Assembly (NCBI GenBank): GCA_049591455.1
Contig: JBAWFA010000004.1
Coordinates: forward strand, 287,135 to 351,134
DNA: 64,000 bases
From: Gammaproteobacteria bacterium
Lineage (GTDB): Bacteria > Pseudomonadota > Gammaproteobacteria > Natronospirales > REEB76
Reading direction: 5' to 3'
Shown: one piece after another, positions 1 through 8,820 of the stretch
How positions within the stretch are numbered: the stretch's first letter is position 1
How the letters are laid out: every line of letters begins with the position of its first letter
Translations under genes and position numbers: made by a program
Notes under the pieces: generated by a model
Databases searched by the model: none
Told to the model about the DNA's origin: nothing
What the model saw: the letters and a program-made list of their open reading frames with translations, nothing else

Positions 1-468
1 TCCACCGAAGCGACACCCTCGATCACTTCGCCGTCGCCAGGGAGAAAATCGCCTGCTTCCGCCAGCACCACGTCGCCCCGGCGCAGCGTGGCTGCCGGCA
101 CTGCCGTGAAAGTGGCGCCATGGCGTGGCTCGCGGAGCTTTTTGGCAGTGATGTCACGCCGAGAGCTGCGCAGTGCGGCCGCCTGGGCACGGTTGCGGCT
201 TTCGCTTAAGCCCTCCGCAAAATTGGCGAACAACACCGTAAACCACAACCACAGACTGACGCCGAGAATGAAGCCGGCAGGTGCTTCACCACGTCCGACC
301 AATGCCTGCACAAACAGCAAGGTGGTGAGAATGCTGCCGACATACACCACGAACATCACCGGATTGCGCAACTGATCCAACGGGTTGAGCTTGCGCAGGG
401 ACGCGACAAGCGCCTCCAGCAGCAGCCGCCGGTCAAACAGGAATACGGAAAGAGTTTGCGTGGTCATG
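1..468 (-). CDS. kdpB: K+-transporting P-type ATPase subunit B, N-terminal 156 codons (runs off window)
   Basis: My translation of the minus strand from the ATG at 468..466 gives MTTQTLSVFLFDRRLL..LRNPVMFVVYVGSILTT..LWFTVLFANFAEGLSE..GDGEVIEGVASV. This is colinear with the KdpB N-terminus. It lies 12 nt downstream of the kdpA stop. It is absent from the ORF track because there is no stop in the window. Confidence 0.85.
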
Positions 469-480
469 CGGGCCCCGTGA

Positions 481-2289
481 TCAGTGCAAACCGCTCATGC
501 TCAACTGCTCGGCAATCGGCCCAAGCGCCAGCGCCGGCAAGTAGGTCAATGCGCTCACCAGCAGCACCGTGCCTATCAGCAGCACGATGAACAGCGGCGT
601 GTGAGTCGGCAAGGTGCCGAGCCCGGCGGGAACGCGCTTTTTGGCCGCCAGGGCGCCGGCGATGGCGAGCGTGGCCACCGCCGGCCAGAAGCGGCCGATC
701 TGCATGCTGACGCCGAGAATGACGTTGTAGAACAGCGTGCCGGCATTGATGCCCGCGAAGGCGCTGCCGTTGTTATTGGGTGCGGAGGAGAAGGCGTAGA
801 GAATCTCGCTAAACCCATGTGGGCCGGGGTTGGACACGCCAGCCCTGCCGGCGTCGGTCATGACGGCGATGGCAGTGCCCACCAGCACCAGCAACGGCGT
901 GATCAGGATCACCATGGACACCATCTTCATCTCGAAGGATTCGATTTTCTTGCCCAGGTATTCGGGCGTGCGGCCCACCATCAATCCGGCCACGAACACC
1001 GCCAGCATGGCGAACACGAGCATGGTGTAGATGCCGGAGCCTACACCGCCATACACCACTTCGCCGAGCTGGATAAGCCACATGGGCACCAGCCCGCCCA
1101 GCGGCGTGAAGGAATCGTGCATGGAATTCACCGCACCGCAGGAGGTGGCGGTAGTCACCGTGGCAAACAATACCGAGCCCACTATCCCGAAACGGGTTTC
1201 CTTGCCTTCCATGTTGCCGCCGGCCTGCGTCTGCGATGCGGCTTGATCTATTCCCAGTCGGGTGAAAGCCGGATTGCCATGTTGTTCCGCATGCACCGCC
1301 ACGGCCAGGAATGCCACCAACAGCACCGTCATGGCAATCAGGATCGCCCAACCCTGCCGGCGATCACCGATCATTTCCCCAAAAGTGAAACAGATGGCGC
1401 CCGGCAATAGCAGAATTGCCAGCATCTCCAGGAAATTGCTCAAAGGCGTCGGATTCTCGAAGGGATGGGCCGAATTGGCATTGAAGAAGCCGCCACCATT
1501 CGTGCCCAGTTCCTTGATGGCCTCTTGGGAGGCTACCGGCCCCATCGGCAGCAATTGATCCTTCTGCGTCACAGGCCGAGTGAGCAGATTGCCATTCGCA
1601 CCCCCGACCGGATTGCCGTTCGCGTCGGTGGCCGGATTCTGATAAGTCACCGCATTGACCAGCGGCACCGTCTGGTAATGTTTGAAATTCTGGATCACGC
1701 CCTGGCTCACCAGCGCCACCGCCAGCAGCAGTGCTAACGGCAGCAGGATATAGAGCGTGCTGCGCGTCAAATCCACCCAAAAGTTACCGATAGTCTGCAT
1801 CGTATACCGTGCGAAACCGCGGATCAGCGCAATGGCAATGCAAAGACCTGTGGCAGCAGACAGGAAGTTCTGCACCGCCAGACCAAGCATCTGGGTGAGG
1901 TAACTCATGGTGGTCTCGCCGGAGTAATCCTGCCAGTTGGTATTGGTGACGAAACTGATGGCGGTGTTGAAGGAAGAATCCGGCGCAACGGCGGTAAAGT
2001 GTTGCGGGTTGAGAGGCAGATGGGCCTGGAATCGTTGCAGAGCATATACCGCCAAAAAACCCAGGAAATTGAACACCAGCAAGGCCACGGCATACTGTGT
2101 CCAGCGCATTTCGGTATCAGCGCGCACGCCGCAAATCCTGTAAATCAACCGCTCCAGCGGAATGCCAAAGCGGTTGATGAATGTCAGCCGTCCCTCATAC
2201 ACGCGGGCCATATACCAACCGAGCGGCTTGACCAATGCCAGCAGCACCAGCAAATAGATCCCGATTTGCAGCCAGCCACTCAATGTCAT
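481..2289 (-). CDS. kdpA: K+-transporting ATPase subunit A
   Basis: 602-aa polytopic membrane protein starting [33 protein letters not shown], the typical KdpA N-terminus. It is flanked by kdpF and kdpB. Confidence 0.95.
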   Translation of the reverse strand: MTLSGWLQIGIYLLVLLALVKPLGWYMARVYEGRLTFINRFGIPLERLIYRICGVRADTEMRWTQYAVALLVFNFLGFLAVYALQRFQAHLPLNPQHFTAVAPDSSFNTAISFVTNTNWQDYSGETTMSYLTQMLGLAVQNFLSAATGLCIAIALIRGFARYTMQTIGNFWVDLTRSTLYILLPLALLLAVALVSQGVIQNFKHYQTVPLVNAVTYQNPATDANGNPVGGANGNLLTRPVTQKDQLLPMGPVASQEAIKELGTNGGGFFNANSAHPFENPTPLSNFLEMLAILLLPGAICFTFGEMIGDRRQGWAILIAMTVLLVAFLAVAVHAEQHGNPAFTRLGIDQAASQTQAGGNMEGKETRFGIVGSVLFATVTTATSCGAVNSMHDSFTPLGGLVPMWLIQLGEVVYGGVGSGIYTMLVFAMLAVFVAGLMVGRTPEYLGKKIESFEMKMVSMVILITPLLVLVGTAIAVMTDAGRAGVSNPGPHGFSEILYAFSSAPNNNGSAFAGINAGTLFYNVILGVSMQIGRFWPAVATLAIAGALAAKKRVPAGLGTLPTHTPLFIVLLIGTVLLVSALTYLPALALGPIAEQLSMSGLH

Positions 2290-2384
2290 GAGAAAAATTC
2301 GGGCTTGAGCAAAGCGACGACGAGGTACGCCAGCACCGCCAGAGTGACCGCCAAGCCGACCAGGTACAGCCAGGCCATGATCAT
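2286..2384 (-). CDS. kdpF: K+-transporting ATPase small subunit F
   Basis: My translation gives the 32-aa hydrophobic peptide [32 protein letters not shown]. Its TGA overlaps the kdpA ATG (ATGA). Confidence 0.7.
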   Translation of the reverse strand: MIMAWLYLVGLAVTLAVLAYLVVALLKPEFFS

Positions 2385-2485
2385 TTCCTCAGATGTTCAA
2401 AACCGAAGATGATCGCGAAGGTAGCCGCGAACAAAGCGGCCATCAGCAGCAGAAAGACGATGTCCACGGACGCGCCCCGGTTCAT
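2381..2485 (-). CDS. 34-aa hydrophobic peptide upstream of kdpF (hypothetical)
   Basis: My translation gives [34 protein letters not shown]. Its TGA overlaps the kdpF ATG (ATGA), which suggests translational coupling. It is too short for the ORF track. Confidence 0.35.
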   Translation of the reverse strand: MNRGASVDIVFLLLMAALFAATFAIIFGFEHLRK

Positions 2486-2625
2486 TGGAAGGCGCAAACT
2501 TTAGATGCATCGGTATAAAGACGGTATAAAAATAAGCCTGCTGTATGTAAAAACGCTGCAAGGGAATACGCGATTGCGCAGCTGATGTTCATGACCGTGC
2601 ACGGCGAATCCCGGGAAAGCCCCCC

Positions 2626-2661
2626 AGAAAAAGACGCCCCGGAGCGGAGTTCCCCGGGGCG
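2626..2661 (-). terminator. Rho-independent terminator after the TonB-dependent receptor gene
   Basis: The minus strand reads CGCCCCGG-GGAACUCCGCU-CCGGGGCG followed by UCUUUUUCU, about 50 nt past the stop at 2711. Confidence 0.65.
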
Positions 2662-2710
2662 CCCAAGCCCCATCTTTTGCAGGTCAGAGCCGGCTCATGC
2701 GGCCGGCAAA

Positions 2711-4951
2711 TCAGAACGCCTTGGTCAGACCGATAAAGAAGCCGCGCCGCGGGCCGTACTGTGGTGCGCCTACGCCGATACCGGTGCCGTTGCGGATTTC
2801 GTAGACACGGTCAAACAGATTGACGATGGCGAAACGCACGCCGATGTCACCGATACCAGGCGCGGTGAATTGCCGCGAGGCAGCGATATCAAATTGCGCA
2901 TAGGACGGCAGGCTCTGGGTGTTGGCGAACCCGCTGCGCAGGCCACTGCCGAAAACACCATCGAGACTGTAGCGCGTGCCCAGCCAGTTGTAGGCCACGC
3001 CGCCCGAAGAAGTCCAGGTCTGGTCGTGGTCCAGGTGCACGTAGTGATCGGCAATGTAGTCCAGCTCCGCCGGAGAGAAATTGTACTGTCCGGATTCGAC
3101 TTCATTGCCCAACGCTTTCGAATAGGCCACGTTGAAATAGGATGAGAAGTCCTGTACCTGGTAACTGGTGGTGAACTCGATACCCCAGACTCGACCGTGG
3201 ACATAGTTGAATGGCGAGAACACCAGGGCCTGACCGAACTGGCCTTCATCCAGCAGGTTGGTCGCGTTTTTATAATAACTATCCAGGCCCGCTTGCCATG
3301 CCGGTGTGAACACGTGGGTGATACCCAGGTCGTAATAATCATCACGTTCCGCGTTCACGTTGGTGTTGGAATCAGAGGGCAGAGCATTGGTGGTGCCCTG
3401 GAACAGGGCGATGTCCCGGGGGGCGATCAGCTCCAGCTCCGGCGGCGTGAAGTAACGCGAGTAACCGCCGTGAATCGTGGTGGTGTCACTCAGGGTGTAC
3501 ACCGCATTCAGGCGCGGGCTCAACTGGTCTTCACGGTCGAAACCATTGGATATGTCATAGCGCAGACCGTAATTAAGCGTCAGCGCCTTGGTCACCAGCC
3601 ACTCGTCCTGCAGATAGGCGCCGTAGAGTTCGCCGGTTTTGCCGCTGTTATCCACGATGGTAAACGGCACGTCGCTCGTCTGTTGGCCGCCGGAGTTGGC
3701 GGGAAACACCGTAGAGGTGTTGTTGCTGGTGGTGTTCTCCTGATCAGCAAACAGGCCCCAGCGGAGTGTGTGGATGGGGGTCAGCGTATAGCTGGCATCC
3801 GCCTGAATACCTGTCGCGATATTGCGCTGGAACACCTGGGCCGCCACGCCGTTGTAGATCAGATCGCCGATGGAATCGGGGCTGAAATTGGTGCTCGAAT
3901 AACGACTGAACAAGGCCACCGAGTAGTTCAACTGATCCTTGATCCCCTGTAAATCGAGAATGCCATAGTCATTCAATTCCCGCTGGGTCTCGTTGAGATC
4001 GGCCGAGGGATAGCTGGGCACACCGTTCAGCTGGTAGTTCGGCGTCAGCCCCGGATTGTTGGGAATCTGAAAATTGCCCAGCGAGTGCCCGATGATGGCC
4101 CCGAGGCGCATATTGTCATTGAGCAGATAGGACATATACCCAAAGGCCCTGTTCTGCTCGGTGTCGTCGTGGAGCGGGCTGCCTGGAGTCGGCGATTCAA
4201 TCCCGAGGTTGCTCTGCAGGTAGGTGCCCGTGAAGTAGTAATCCATCCGGCCCTGGGTGCCGCCATACTCCAGACTCGGTTCGATTGTGCCATTACTACC
4301 GCCGTACAGATCCACGCTGCCGCCATTGGCAAAATCCAGGCCCTCGTTGGTGGTGATGTTCACCACCCCGGCCGTGCGATAGCCGTATTGCGCCGGCAGC
4401 GCGCCGGTCAGAAAGTCAATCTTGCTGATGAAGCGCGTGCCGAGCGTATCCCCGAAGCCGCTGATGAACTCCGGAATGATGATGCCGTTGATACGGTACT
4501 GGATATCGGCGTGGTCGCCGCGCACATGTAATTGGCCGAAGGAATCCTGGGCCACCCCCGGCGCCTGAAGCAGCACATCCTGCAGGGGCGCGTTATAGCC
4601 CTCCGGCAGCGCGGCGATCGCCTGGGTATCGAAGTGATAGCTGCTGGTGCCGGTCTCCACATTGAGTGTGGCACGCGCCCGGTTCAACCGTTCGCCCTGC
4701 ACCTTGATGCTGCCAAGCTGCACTGTATCGCTGGAATTGGTTGTGGCGGAGCCCTCGGTGCTGGCAGCAGAAGCCGCAGCTGCGGTCGAAGCAGCCGGTG
4801 CTGAAATTGAAGTGGGCGGTACAGCACTGGCGGCGTTGGGTGGGTTATCGGGCGCATGCGCAAAAACCGCCCGGGTTTGACCGATGACCATAAGAGCGCT
4901 GGCCAGCAATGGCAGCGCCGAAATACGGCGATTCATGATCTGTTCCTTCAA
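2711..4951 (-). CDS. TonB-dependent outer-membrane receptor
   Basis: 746 aa with a signal peptide, a plug-like segment (GQLHVRGDHADIQYRINGIIIPE), a long beta-barrel-like body and a C-terminal ..FFIGLTKAF ending in Phe. Confidence 0.9.
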   Translation of the reverse strand: MKEQIMNRRISALPLLASALMVIGQTRAVFAHAPDNPPNAASAVPPTSISAPAASTAAAASAASTEGSATTNSSDTVQLGSIKVQGERLNRARATLNVETGTSSYHFDTQAIAALPEGYNAPLQDVLLQAPGVAQDSFGQLHVRGDHADIQYRINGIIIPEFISGFGDTLGTRFISKIDFLTGALPAQYGYRTAGVVNITTNEGLDFANGGSVDLYGGSNGTIEPSLEYGGTQGRMDYYFTGTYLQSNLGIESPTPGSPLHDDTEQNRAFGYMSYLLNDNMRLGAIIGHSLGNFQIPNNPGLTPNYQLNGVPSYPSADLNETQRELNDYGILDLQGIKDQLNYSVALFSRYSSTNFSPDSIGDLIYNGVAAQVFQRNIATGIQADASYTLTPIHTLRWGLFADQENTTSNNTSTVFPANSGGQQTSDVPFTIVDNSGKTGELYGAYLQDEWLVTKALTLNYGLRYDISNGFDREDQLSPRLNAVYTLSDTTTIHGGYSRYFTPPELELIAPRDIALFQGTTNALPSDSNTNVNAERDDYYDLGITHVFTPAWQAGLDSYYKNATNLLDEGQFGQALVFSPFNYVHGRVWGIEFTTSYQVQDFSSYFNVAYSKALGNEVESGQYNFSPAELDYIADHYVHLDHDQTWTSSGGVAYNWLGTRYSLDGVFGSGLRSGFANTQSLPSYAQFDIAASRQFTAPGIGDIGVRFAIVNLFDRVYEIRNGTGIGVGAPQYGPRRGFFIGLTKAF

Positions 4952-5049
4952 TGCGAGGCGGCTGCCTGAATTGCGCGGCGCCTGACTACGTCATGTGTTG
5001 CACGACGCACGTGTCGCGCGGGGATGTGCCGGTGCGAACCCGGCCCTGT

Positions 5050-5397
5050 TCAGACGAAGGAAGGGACAGAGATGGGCGGGGCCCGAGGTTGGGGTAGTAG
5101 GTTGAGGGTGCTGCGAACCACGGTGAAATCAGCCCGGGGCAGCACGTGCCGGTACCAACCCGCAAAACTGACGGCGGGGCTGAGGGCCGGCTTGAGTATA
5201 TTGGGCGCGCCGTGCGCCATAACGTGGCAGACCGGGCAGGCCAGTTCGCTCGCTTCAGTCTTGTGGTGGTGGGTAACCTCGATGGAATAGATGCCCACCA
5301 TGCAGACCAGGGCCACGGCCACCAGCCACTTGCGCCAGCCAGCCTGCCGCAGAACCGGCAAAGCATCACGTTTGAATATCGACGGTGTTGCGGTCAT
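5050..5397 (-). CDS. DUF2946-like small membrane/periplasmic protein
   Basis: Internal ATG giving MTATPSIFKRD.., one TM segment (WLVAVALVCMVGIY), then HHH and the ACPVCHVMAHG motif. It sits immediately upstream of the TonB receptor, the usual DUF2946 context. The track ORF start at 5472 is probably too long. Confidence 0.55.
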   Translation of the reverse strand: MTATPSIFKRDALPVLRQAGWRKWLVAVALVCMVGIYSIEVTHHHKTEASELACPVCHVMAHGAPNILKPALSPAVSFAGWYRHVLPRADFTVVRSTLNLLPQPRAPPISVPSFV

Positions 5398-5538
5398 TCC
5401 GGTCTGCTTCAATTCCACATCGAGCTGGTATCGAGGTATGCGGAGTCTAACGTAATGGCTAGTGACAGCCAAGCGCTGGAAAGGTTCCGGTTAGTAGCTC
5501 GCATACAGGCGTCTTACACCTCACTTCTCGCTCATAGA

Positions 5539-8268
5539 TCAATTCAAACCAAACCGCCGCACGAGCCGGCTCTTGGCCCACTGTGTGAGCGCAACGTAGG
5601 CCACCATAATGAATGGCATGATCAACAGGAACTTCAGCGGCACCGGCACCATGCTGAAACCATGTGCCAACCAGCTAAATGGCAGCCATATACCGATGAT
5701 GCTGATCAGGATGGTAGTACCCAGCAACGACCAGCTCGGCCAGCTCTGGATGAATGGCACCTTGGCGGTGCGTATCACGTGCACGATCAACGTCTGCGTA
5801 AGGATGGACTCCACGAACCAGCCCGTCTGGAACAGCGGCGCGTTGTGCCAGCCGTGGAAAAACAAAATCAGGATGCCGAAGGTGATGTAGTCGAACACCG
5901 AGCTGAGCGAGCCGATAATCACCATGTACCAGCCGATGTTGCGCAAATCCCATTTGCGCGGCTTTTCTAGGTATTCCACATCCACGTTGTCGGTGGGAAT
6001 CGCCGTCTGGGAAAAGTCGTACAAAAGGTTGTTCACCAGAATCTGGATCGGCGCCATGGGCAGGAACGGCAGGAAGATGCTGGCGCCCAGCACGCTGAAC
6101 ATGTTGCCGAAGTTCGAGCTCGCGCCCATCTTGATGTACTTGATGATGTTGCCGAACACCTTGCGGCCCTCGATGACGCCCTCCTCCAGCACCATCAGGC
6201 TCTTCTCCAGCAGGATGATGTCGGCGGACTCCTTGGCGATGTCCACGGCCGTATCCACCGATATGCCCACGTCCGCGGCCTTGAGCGCCGGACCGTCGTT
6301 GATACCGTCACCGAGGAATCCCACCACATGGTGGCGGGCGTGCAGCGCGCGAATTACGCGCGCTTTCTGTTCGGGTGAAAGTTTGGCGAACACCGCCACC
6401 GCCTCCGTCACATCCGATAGCGCTTCGTCGCTCATCTTCTCGATGTCGCTGCCGAGAACGATGTGCTCCACTTCCAGGCCCACCTGCGAGCATATCTTGC
6501 GGGTAACTGCGTCGTTGTCGCCGGTGAGCACCTTGACCTTAACGCCGTGCTGTTTCAGCCTGGTGATGGCCTGACCCGCGGTCTCCTTGGGCGGGTCCAG
6601 GAAGGCTATGTACCCGATGAGCACCATGTCGCATTCATCCACCACGCTGTATATGCGCTTCGGCTCGATGATTTCCTTGTAGGCCACCGCGATCACCCGA
6701 AAACCATCCTGGTTGAGCGCCAGCGTGACCTCCTGCAGGCGTGCCAGGTCCTCTGGCACCAGCGGCTTGCGGTGGCCATCCACCTCGGCGTGCGAGCAAA
6801 TGCTAAAGATTTCCTCCACCGCACCCTTGCATATCAGCAGGTGGCGCTCATGCTCCTCCTCAACCACCACCGACATGCGACGGCGCTGAAAATCGAAGGG
6901 AATTTCATCCACTTTGCGGTAATTGCGCTCAGGGTGAAGATCGGCATACATCTCCACCTTTTCCAGTACCGCCACGTCCAGCAGGTTGCGCAGCCCGGAC
7001 TGGTAGTAGCTGTTGAGGAACGCCAGCTCCAGTACCCGCTCGCTGTCATTGCCGTTGATGTCCACATGCTTTTCCAGAAACACCTTATCCTGGGTGAGCG
7101 TGCCGGTTTTGTCGGTACACAGCACGTCAATGGCGCCGAAGTTCTGGATGGAGTTGAGACGCTTGACGATGACCTTCTTGCGTGACATGGCGAGCGCACC
7201 CTTGGCCAGGTTCATGGTGACGATCACCGGCAGCATTTCCGGCGTCAAACCCACAGCCACCGACAGCGCGAACATCAGCGCCTCGAACCAGTCGCCCTTG
7301 GTCAGCCCGTTGACCAGGAACACCAGCGGCACCATCACCAGCATGAAACGGATCATCAGCCAGGTGAACCGGTGCACACCCTTGTCGAAACTGGTCTGCA
7401 CGCGTGCGCTCACCATGGTGTTGGCGAGGGAGCCGAAATAGGTATCGGCGCCGGTCATCACCACCAGGGCGATAGCGGTTCCACTCAGCACGTTGGTGCC
7501 CATGAAACAGAGATTGGCGGTATCCAGCGGATTACCGCTTTCGCCTTCGGCGGCGGCCGCCAATTTCTCCACCGGCAACGACTCGCCGGTCAGTGAAGAC
7601 TGGTTGATAAACAGATCCTTGGCGGAGAGCAGGCGCACGTCGGCGGGAATCATGTCGCCGGCGGAAAGCTGCACCAGATCGCCCTGCACCAGTTCGTCGA
7701 TGGGAACTTGTTTACGCACCGCCTTGAATACCGGCTGTGGCCCTTTGTCCGCCCCCTCCCCCTCTCTGCGCTCCGCGGGTTCGGCATTTTCAATCTCTTC
7801 CTGGCGCAGCACCGTGGCCGTGGTCTTGACCATGGCGTGGAGCTTCTCGGCGGCGTGGTTGGAACGGGCTTCCTGAACCCAGGCCAACGTGATCGCCACT
7901 ACAACCATGATGAAAATGATGCCGGCGCCGGTCACATCCCCGGTGACCACGGACATTATGGACAGGATGATGAGCAACAGATTGAGGGGGTTGGCCAGCC
8001 GTGAAAGCAATTGCCGTAGCCAGCTCTTCTTCTTTTCCCGCGCCACGGTGTTAGGGCCGTGCTCGGTCAGGCGTTCCTCGGCCTCAGGCGCAGTCAGACC
8101 CTGGATGCTGGTACGGAAATCGTCGAGGGCATCCTGGGCGCCCATGCGGCTGACTTCCAGCAAGCGCGCATGCACCCGGCTTGACTGACCCCCGCCGTTG
8201 GTTTTGGCGCCCCGCCCGAGGCTGGCGGCACGCAAAAAATAATTCGTTACCTTGCGTTCCACGGTCAC
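5539..8268 (-). CDS. mgtA: Mg2+-importing P-type ATPase (start uncertain, 8145-8388)
   Basis: Contains LCTDKTGTLT (the DKTGT phosphorylation site), TGDN, GDGINDGPALK and the MgtA-like N-terminus ..GLTAPEAEERLTEHGPNTV. The first ~40 codons of the track ORF are Cys/Pro/Arg-rich and unlikely to be coding. GTG at 8268 or ATG at 8145 are plausible starts. Confidence 0.9.
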   Translation of the reverse strand: MTVERKVTNYFLRAASLGRGAKTNGGGQSSRVHARLLEVSRMGAQDALDDFRTSIQGLTAPEAEERLTEHGPNTVAREKKKSWLRQLLSRLANPLNLLLIILSIMSVVTGDVTGAGIIFIMVVVAITLAWVQEARSNHAAEKLHAMVKTTATVLRQEEIENAEPAERREGEGADKGPQPVFKAVRKQVPIDELVQGDLVQLSAGDMIPADVRLLSAKDLFINQSSLTGESLPVEKLAAAAEGESGNPLDTANLCFMGTNVLSGTAIALVVMTGADTYFGSLANTMVSARVQTSFDKGVHRFTWLMIRFMLVMVPLVFLVNGLTKGDWFEALMFALSVAVGLTPEMLPVIVTMNLAKGALAMSRKKVIVKRLNSIQNFGAIDVLCTDKTGTLTQDKVFLEKHVDINGNDSERVLELAFLNSYYQSGLRNLLDVAVLEKVEMYADLHPERNYRKVDEIPFDFQRRRMSVVVEEEHERHLLICKGAVEEIFSICSHAEVDGHRKPLVPEDLARLQEVTLALNQDGFRVIAVAYKEIIEPKRIYSVVDECDMVLIGYIAFLDPPKETAGQAITRLKQHGVKVKVLTGDNDAVTRKICSQVGLEVEHIVLGSDIEKMSDEALSDVTEAVAVFAKLSPEQKARVIRALHARHHVVGFLGDGINDGPALKAADVGISVDTAVDIAKESADIILLEKSLMVLEEGVIEGRKVFGNIIKYIKMGASSNFGNMFSVLGASIFLPFLPMAPIQILVNNLLYDFSQTAIPTDNVDVEYLEKPRKWDLRNIGWYMVIIGSLSSVFDYITFGILILFFHGWHNAPLFQTGWFVESILTQTLIVHVIRTAKVPFIQSWPSWSLLGTTILISIIGIWLPFSWLAHGFSMVPVPLKFLLIMPFIMVAYVALTQWAKSRLVRRFGLN

Positions 8269-8820
8269 ACCTGTACTGGGTTCAGGCGCACCGGCACGGG
8301 CGAAGCCCGGTTTAGCCGGTACGCAAACACAAAACCCCAGCGGGCATGCAGGAAAGCAATGGCTTTTTGAACGTGGGAGCTGTCTCAAAAAGTCCGTGAG
8401 TATGATGCAACGTCAAAAACGTCAAGCCAGGTGCAGGGGTTCTTGAGGCAGCTTCTTGTTCCGGCATGGCCGCGTTGATGTCCTAAGTGCCTGGCGGCAG
8501 GACGACCCACGCGCAAAGGAAGGAATCAGGCGAGGGAGGTCGTACCCGTCAAGCGGGTTTTTCGATTACAGTGATTACTGCAACTGCCCATTAGGGCTCC
8601 TCCAATTACCGAGTCGGCGCGCATCCTAGCCCTCGACTTTTACGGAGTCAACGTATTTGCACGCACTTTCTGAAAAAAATTCACACAGATGGCGGAGTTG
8701 ATTTCGAAAAGAAGAAGACCGGCGTCTGCCGCCGATTTAAATGCTCACGCAGCGTGCGCAAGCGCACCCTGCGTTGGCCCCTGTCCATTTCCTCACACCT
8801 CACCTCTCACCTCCTTGCCC

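Noticed and set aside
484-1410. 308-aa plus-strand ORF, and similar long antisense ORFs (13237..14694+, 16208..17695+, 18553..19770+, 8689..9396+, 55451..56461+, 60030..61064+, 62230..62841-, 63104..63649-).
   Set aside because: They lie antisense to confidently identified genes (kdpA, DUF1800, metH, metF, the M16 peptidase, gltX, nhaB/dnaQ, gloB, mltD). They have the Arg/His/Gly/Pro-rich composition typical of shadow ORFs in high-GC DNA.
8400-8640. M-box (ykoK) Mg2+ riboswitch call upstream of mgtA.
   Set aside because: Only a short CUAAUGGG-type match was found. The other conserved M-box blocks (GUUAGGUGAGGCU, ACAG.GCUAAAGC) are not recognisable by eye. It is kept only as a low-interest question about the leader.
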